From the NCBI GenBank assembly GCA_013239625.1, contig MU054391.1, forward strand, positions 6,779,824 through 6,843,823: 64,000 nucleotides of DNA, in the 5' to 3' direction. Position numbers and translations under genes: made by a program. Below are positions 56,191 through 64,000 of the stretch, piece by piece. The notes beneath the pieces are model-generated. The model was not told the origin of the DNA. It saw nothing but the letters and a program-made list of their open reading frames with translations, and made no database searches. The first letter of the stretch is position 1, and every line of letters begins with the position of its first letter. This DNA is from Lama guanicoe. Taxonomy: Eukaryota.

Positions 56191-57789
56191 AAAAGAAACT
56201 CCAAATATTCTGTTAACTCCAAACAAATTTTTCTAAATTTAGAATAGTTAGAATATTGTTATTAATATTAACATTACATTTTGCATTATCTCTTTCCCCA
56301 ATTTCTGACTTGGTACTCTTATTTCCCCAAAAGAAAATCATAATTTTGGTATCTTTTTCTCTATTCTTTACTAATTTCCATGGATGCTGGTTATGTGACC
56401 TGTTAACAGCACTTGATGAAATCTAATGGTCCACAAAGAAGAAAATTTTAAATCTTGATTTCTTCATCAAAGGCAAACTAGTCAACCATAACACACCATT
56501 TTTAACATTCAACTTCAATCTGATTTTTATCCACTATGTAACACAATAAAATACAGTCATATTTATTCAATTTATAAAAAAGGCTAAAGTGCCAAAAACT
56601 GTAACTCAATAAGTTATCCCAAAAAGATGAAGCATTTTGAAAAATCGTACTAATGTTTAGACATTCAATACTTAAAATATTTTTGCAGTTTCAATGTAAA
56701 AAAAACACAATTCACTACATCTTGCAGGCCTCAAAGTTTATGACAACTGTGCTAGTGTACTTTCCTTTCAGAAAAATAGGTACCACTACAACCCCAAATT
56801 TTTTAAATTCATCTTTAATTTAGTAAAACATCTTAAACAGTAAAAGAACTATTTCCTAAATTTTTCCTTCACTGCTCAAAACAGTCACATGTGGTTATCT
56901 TTAATAAAAACTCAAAAAAATACAATCATCTAAACTAAAGCTAAAGGAAAAACTTCAGTTTTAATAAACATACTTTTAGCATGATTTCTAAAGGAATCAT
57001 ACTGAAATACAAGGCAAAACAGAGGGTCATATCCTGATACAGAAAGTACAAATAAGGCAGCATCTGAAAAGAACACTGTATTTTGGTTAAGTTCAAGAAC
57101 TTTGCACACAATGTAATTCCCACAAGACAATATCTAATGGCACCTGAGAACAAGAAGAGGCAACATTTGTATCTATATGCTAAATTCAGATGAGTACTCA
57201 AAAGTATAAGCCAAAAGCCAAGTGTAATACATAGTATTTTAAACACCAGAAGTTACTGATCTACCCTCATAGGAACCAAGTTACTAAATTAATACTAAGA
57301 CTTGTTTCCTAATCCATTAGAGCAGAGAAGTATAAAGATAAATGACGGGTCAAGAAGAGAGAAATAAGTTTATAAGCTTACTCAACATGCTCAAAATAAT
57401 CAAAAAAAGAAAGATGAGCACAGGCAGAATGGAGAAACGTTTAAAGGCCGTTGTTTAAATCAGAAGTACTTCAACTTTACCTAGAGCTTAGAAATAATCC
57501 AACTAGTAGTGACTCCACTGCCATTACAGGGAATACACAGCGCACCAATGCTCAGTCGTTACGTGGAAGAAAAAGGTACCATAACAAGGTTTAAAATTTA
57601 AAAAGCCTAGTAATAAACAGGCCTTTCAGGTGGAGATGCTAGTCAGTAGGATAATTCCACTTACAAAGGGGCTGTGATCTGTATTTATCTGTATTCTATT
57701 TTTAAACATTGTTATTGGCATACAAAATGAAACTACTTTTACTAGATCACACTCATGGTACATTAGTAAAAATCAAAAGAACAAGCAAA

Positions 57790-58290
57790 ATTAACAAGCA
57801 CATGAAATAGTGCTCAGCATCATCTGTCATTAGTAAAATGCACTACAATAGCTATAATCACAAAGACAGGCCATATCGAGTGTTCTCTGAGGATGGGGGG
57901 ACAATTGAACCCTCATACACTGCTGGCTGGAATGTAAAATGGTACAGCCTCTTTGGAAAAGACTTTGTTCACTTCTTAAAACTTAAGCATAAGCTTACCA
58001 TATGACCCAGCAATCCCACTCCTTGAAATCTAGCCAAGAGAAATAAAAACATTACAATGAATTCATAAACAAAATGTGGTACATCTATACAATGGAGTAT
58101 TATTCAGCAATTTAAAAGAACAAGATATTGATATATGCTACAATACAGATGAACCTCAAAAACATTACGCTAAGGGTAAGAAGACAGAACAAACGGCCGT
58201 ATATGATTCTACTTGTATGGAATTTTCAAAAAAGAAAAAATTATAAAACCAAAACAGAATGAGTGGTTGGCTGGGGCTGGCGCTAGGGCT
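57790..58290 (+). mobile_element. L1MB/ME-type ORF2 end and 3' UTR
   Basis: TTACCATATGACCCAGCAATCCCACTCC; ATGAACCTCAAAAACATTACGCTAAG. Confidence 0.75.
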
Positions 58291-59933
58291 AGTAATCAGA
58301 ATGCTTCACAACATCTGAAAAGTTTTCAAAACAGTCATTCATAGTGACTTGTAATAAGAAACACCCCTGATTCCTGATCAAAATCTTCACGCCCTTTGGC
58401 TCTGTTTTTAATTTTGTTAACAAATATTGCCTTACTATGAATAACAGTCAATGTGCCATTTTAAGGAATTTAACCCTGCAAACACTCAGCATTTCATCTG
58501 ATCTTACTCATGTAGCACTGTTTCAACACAGGCATCACCTAGGTACATAAGAAGGAACTGGATATGTTTAACCAGAGGAAAAGTTAGGGGGTATGTGGAA
58601 CAGAAGACACATGATAAATGATAAAGGCTGTTCAGCCCACAAGAGCTATTTTTACTTCACCAAAAACACTAAATAAAACTAGCTTAAATCTTTTCCAAGA
58701 CAAACTGATTCAGCACAATCCATAAATATTCAAACCACAATTCACTTTTCCTGCTTGACTTCCAATTAATTTTACCACCCAAACCCATCCTCTGCTTATA
58801 CAGATGTTTATTTATCTTCCTTCCTATAGACAGACAAGAAGTAAGTGACAAGAACATATATCAAAATGTTTACATAGGGAATATATTAGTATCTCTTCAA
58901 GCAGGGATATAATTATACAGGTTATCACTCCTGTTACTTAAAAAAGAATTGTTAATTCATTCAGCAAACATTTACAGGACATAAGAGAAAGACAAAAAAG
59001 ACCCAAGTCCTAAAAGAGCTTGTATTCTGTCTACTAAATAAACTAAAAAACCAAGAAGTACACAAGACAACATTTAGTTATCTTAAGAATTCCTCATCAC
59101 AATCATCCAGGTGATTAAGATAATGCCAATCCTTCTCTGCTCTGTTTCTACCTTAAATAAAGTATTAGGAGGCCCTGCTATTCATTTCCATGGCATAAAA
59201 AACAATCCCAATTATGATGTGTTAGAAATTAATTCCAAGTCTGTAATCTCTTGAAAATAAAGAAAATTTCTATCAGATGCTTTATAACTAAAAGAGTCTG
59301 AAACTCTTTTGGAGAATAAAGGAAATTAGACAACAAGTTCCATTAAGTGATCAGTTAACTATAACCAAAAAAAGAAAAAATTATAAAGCACTTGAGATAT
59401 CAGATACCTAAACAACTCATACCTTACCAAAGTGAAGCAACAAACCATATAATCATTCTTGGACTTAGAAATTTTCCCAAAAAGATTACCAATGATCAAC
59501 CAAAATGAACCTCAATACTTCCTTTCTGTCCGTCTTTGTCTCTCTCATATATACAACACACACAGAAATGCTAACTATACTGATCCAAATGTTATCCAAA
59601 AAAGGTAAGTGAGGGTCATTTGGGACACTCAGCTGCAGAATTTACAAATATATCTCTATAATTTAGTCATACTTTAAAGGAAAATAAAAAAGTACAGATG
59701 ACAGATAAGAGGAAAGGAAAATGACTCCAATCACGAATAAAGTGAGAAAAGACAGTTTGGTAGAGTCCCAAATGCCACCCATGATTTCCCATCAGTTTAA
59801 ATATTAAGCTTTATATAAAAAGCTGCCTACCAATGGAAAATGTTATTTTGTGTTTTTTTCCCCAAAAGCTATATAGTAAGTCGCTCTGAGTCATCGACAT
59901 TCTCTTCACCAGTAACCCTTATCACTAGCAGCT

Positions 59934-60006
59934 CATATATATATACACATATATATATGTGTGTGTGTATGTCTGTGTGTGTGTGTGTGTGTGTATACAC
60001 ATATAT
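59934..60006 (+). repeat. Compound (TA)n/(TG)n microsatellite
   Basis: Read directly. Confidence 0.9.
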
Positions 60007-60259
60007 AAATAGGGGGTGGAGGCATTAGCACAGAACAGGATTTTAAGTATAGATTTGAGTTATAATTTCCATGAAGAAATTCAAGAAGCCCAAATGAAGA
60101 GCAAATCCATAATCATTACCCTCTTTTCCCCTAAGCACCACTCTCCAAATAGGAAGTTACATGACAATATGAAGATATAAACAGAGGCTCCCAAATACTC
60201 CAATAATTTTAACACTTAGACAAATCTCCTACTTCATACTTTGTACCCCTACTTCGTAC

Positions 60260-61910
60260 TTTCCATCAGAATTCCAAATGGAATAAAAAAACATTAAAAA
60301 TAAAACCATTAGAGAACTAATAGAAAATTCAGGTCTATGTCATAATCTTGATAATGAAAAATGTCCTAAGCATGACATCTAAGCCAGAAATCACTCTACA
60401 GTGAGAAGACTAATAAATTTGACTAAATAAAAGCTTCTATTATTCATTAAGTGTAAAAAAATGACAAAGCGCATATACAGTGTAATTTTACTTTTTACAT
60501 TTTAATTTTTTAGACAAGTTTTTTTATAAAACTCAAAAACAATGCACTTTTCAAACAGGAAAGAAATCTGAACAGATGTTTCATAAAAGAAGATATATAA
60601 ATTTGACACAACACTGTAAAATGATTATGAATCAATAAAAAATGTAAAAAAAAAAAGAAGATATATAAATTGCCAGTTAAGTGCACAAAAAAGTACATCA
60701 TTAGTCATCAGGGAAATGCAAACTAAAATCACAAAATACCACTACTCACCCACAGAACAGCTAAAATTTAAAAGACTCAGTGTTGGGGAGGAACTGGAAC
60801 TCTCATACACTGCTGTGGGAATGTAAAATGACCACTTTGTGAAAAGATCTGACAGTTTTTTAAAAACCAAACATATACCTACCCTATGATCTAGTAATTC
60901 CACTACTAGGTATTTACTGAAGAGAAATGAAAACATGTCCTCACAAAGACTTATTATAAGATTGTTCACAGAAAGCTTTATTAAGAGCCAAAGTATATCA
61001 TACATAATAGACAAAAACTGAAAACAGCTCAGGCATCCATTAACAAAAGATGGCTCACAAATTGTGGTTTATACATATAATGGAATACAACTTAGCAATT
61101 AAAAAAGGGAACAAACTGCTGATACACATACAATAACATGGATCAATCTCAAAACTTATGCTGAACTAAAGAACCCAGATATAAAAGAATTTATGCTACA
61201 CAGGATTCCATTTATATGAAATTCTAGAAGAGGCAAAAGTAACCTTTAGCATAAAAAAAAACTTTTTTTAAAGCATAACTGACTCCAAGAGAAGGGGTGT
61301 GGAAAATTTTAAACTTTATTTAGTACTCTGTTAAGCTGAACACAGCATTTCTTAAAGCCCATCAGTTCCACTCCTAGATATACATCCCAGCCTCCAGAAA
61401 CTTCACATGGGCTCCAAGAATGATCACAACACTTCCCATGACAGCAAAAAAAAAAAAAAAAGAAAAAGAATCTAAATATCCATCAAGTAGACTGGAGCAA
61501 TATATTGTAGTTTACAGTAGCAGCAAATATTAATAAAGCACAATGTGGGTGAATCTTAGAAACATAACTTTGAGTGAAAAAACATGTCACAAAAGAATAT
61601 ATAGAAATGTTAACCTACTAGAGTTAAAAAATACAAAACTAAAACAACATTGTTTAGGGATACATACAAATGTGGTAATTTATTAAATAAAGCAAGGAAA
61701 TGATTTTTAAAAAAAAATGTTCCAGGTAGCAGATGGGAGAGGATGCAGGAAGAAAGAATTCAGCAGCAGCAACAGAACAGGTAACTTGAACAAGCTAGTG
61801 ATCTATTCATTAACCTGAGCAGTGATTTCATGAATGTTTGTTTCCTTATGCTCCATAATTCATATTCACATGCTATACTCTCTTAGTATATTTCAAATAT
61901 TTCATAATTC
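60260..61910 (+). mobile_element. Old L1 ORF2 and 3' UTR fragments
   Basis: CATTAGTCATCAGGGAAATGCAAACTAAAATCACAA; GGAACTCTCATACACTGCTG; ATTCCATTTATATGAAATTCTAGAAG. Confidence 0.75.
60604..60652 (+). mobile_element. About 50-bp young L1 extreme 3' end nested in an older L1
   Basis: Near-identical to 20643-20693; exact direct repeat AAAAGAAGATATATAAATT at 60585-60603 and 60653-60671. Confidence 0.85.
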
Positions 61911-62039
61911 AAACTGGGAAAAGAGCTACCAGATCAGCACACAACCAAAACGACAACTCAGGCTTCAAGATAATTATCCACTATTTCTTTACAAGTATTT
62001 AAGGTGTACATAAATCTACATTTCTTTACTTAGTCTATG

Positions 62040-62343
62040 TTGGCCTTACCTTGGGGCAAGATGTTTCCAAATTCAGAATTGTTTTGGATTTTAGAATAGA
62101 AATAAAGTACAATGCTATATACAGTATAGTCCCAAAAACCCTCTTGGGAGTCTGGGGTAGCACCCTGAAATCAAACACATATTTTTCCAAGGAAAGCTAT
62201 TATTACTTACACCAAAAGAGATAAATTGACTATAATATTGTAACATCAGATCAGGTCAGATGTTACATCAAGTAAGTTTTACCCAAAACTTGGTTTTCAG
62301 AACTCTGTGTATCAGAACTATGGTTGAGGGACTATGGACCTGT
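62040..62343 (-). mobile_element. MER46C-like Tigger-derived MITE
   Basis: AATTCAGAATTGTTTTGGATTTTAGAA...GTCTGGGGTAGCACCC...AGGGACTATGGACCTG|TA. Confidence 0.7.
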
Positions 62344-64000
62344 ACTTTCAAAGGGGTTAACTTCACCTAAATAGTAAGTTCCATTCATTACTTTTTTTTT
62401 ACCTCTCTAGCTAATTAATTTTCTTTAAAGATGTTCTGACCATCAAAATGGAAGTTTTAAAGTAATGCAATCCCATTTATGCTACAAATACTCAACCTTT
62501 ATTTCACAAAAGAAAAACACATATAAAACTTCTCTAACTCAATTTTTATTCTGCTTCACTTCTGTATCTTTATAATATTCATGCTCGTTACATAGTGGGG
62601 AAAAAATGCACATACAATTTTATTTTAATTAGGCTAATAACCAGCACCAAACTGAAAGTCTAAGTACTATGATAAGAAATATTTTCATATAGTTTGCAGG
62701 CATAATAAAATCAATCAAATAACGCATTCTATATTCTAAGTCACTGAAAATCTTAAATTTTTAATCATCTTTCCCCAATTGATATCAGTCTTATAATAGA
62801 AAGGTTTATCCAAGCCTGAGCCCCTCAGGTTATTACAACCATTTACTCTTTCAAAAAATAAAACAAATCAAAATGCAAAAGCATAGACCTTTAGAAAAAC
62901 ATTTCTCCAACTTAACACTACAGGACAATTCTCTTTACTGTAAGACGTAAGAGTTGGGTAAGGAGTACGAGAAGCTAAGTCTTGACAACAAAACAGGGGT
63001 ATTTACCCAAATGCTTTAAACACTGCAAAAGCATACTACTGAAGACCCTTTCCCAAAAAAAAAAAAAAAAAAGATATTATAGAAGCAAAACTCTGTTTTT
63101 AAATAATACTAGGCAACTCACAATCTCCAACCACTAAAAGGATATATTCTCTTCAGATTAATTTTAAGGACCCACATAAAGCAATGAGCCTCTGCAGACA
63201 AAAAAGACAATTTAGTCTCTATACTGACAGTCTTGGAATCCAGCTCTATCTATGCCTGATGACTGCCAGCACTTTTCTGATGGCAAATCAAAAGATAATG
63301 CTATTCATTCAAAATTTCATAGCAAGAAATAGTTGCCAATAAAACCATTTTCCTTTTCAAAGGAAATTTAAAGCAATTACCTAAAAATATGCTAAATGCA
63401 CACAGAAGCGAGCTAAATTTAATGAGCACTGCCATGTACCAAGAACCGAGTTAAGTACTTTACATGTTATCTCACATAACATTTTTTTCCTACAAATACT
63501 TTTTAACTTCTAGTCCTAGCCTACAGTAACTATTATACAGCAACTTCTGGTATATTTAATCTTCTTACTTTTGTCATCTTAGGCAGTATACAATTTTAAA
63601 TGGTAAACTTTATGTTTATGTTACCACAATTTAAAAAATTAATTCATTCTACTACTTCATACAATGAAATAGGCATGATTTAACGTTAACTTACTATAAC
63701 ATGGTTTAAAAAAAATTTCAGCTTGTCAATTTGCAACAGAAGCACCAGCAATCTCAAAGAGTAAAGGACAACTTTTGGCCCGATAAGATTTACTGCAACT
63801 CAGAATTGTAATAGTTAATCAGCAAAAAACAGCAAAAGCAAAATCTTCAGCCAGCAGCATCTGATGTCAATTTTCATACCAGTAATATGTCACCTTGATG
63901 AAAGTGTAAACTGTCTTGGCTGTATTAGGCACTCAATAAATGAATGGACCAGACTGAGCATGTGTAATGCTTCCTTTTAAAAAATCTTCATTTTAATAAT

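Noticed and set aside
63690..63900. Possible DNA-transposon fragment or conserved element
   Set aside because: Could not assign a family or find termini

Overview
AT-rich, CpG-poor mammalian genomic DNA lying entirely inside the ROCK2 (Rho-associated coiled-coil kinase 2) gene on the minus strand. Three coding exons were read by hand, all with canonical AG/GT ends and consistent phases: 21054-20973 (82 nt), 19344-19244 (101 nt) and 7995-7858 (138 nt). By the mammalian gene structure as I recall it these are exons 2-4, encoding the N-terminal extension and the kinase N-lobe. Exon 1 lies beyond the right edge and exon 5 beyond the left edge. The rest is intron packed with transposon fossils: L1 of several ages, L2, MIR, MaLR LTR, hAT (Cheshire-, Charlie4-, MER3/5/33/96-like) and Tigger elements. 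Three tRNA-Ala-derived SINEs resemble camelid Vic-1, so the source is probably a camel, alpaca or llama (inference). Except for the one overlapping exon 3, the listed ORFs appear to be chance frames or repeat remnants. I found no convincing novel biological system. The best second-look items are retrotransposition oddities (a TSD-flanked chimeric L1 3' end and a TSD-flanked internal L1 fragment without poly-A), two long hAT transposase fossils, a possible in-frame cryptic donor after exon 4 and a weak enhancer candidate. Repeat family names come from memory of consensus sequences; repeat boundaries are approximate unless a TSD is given.
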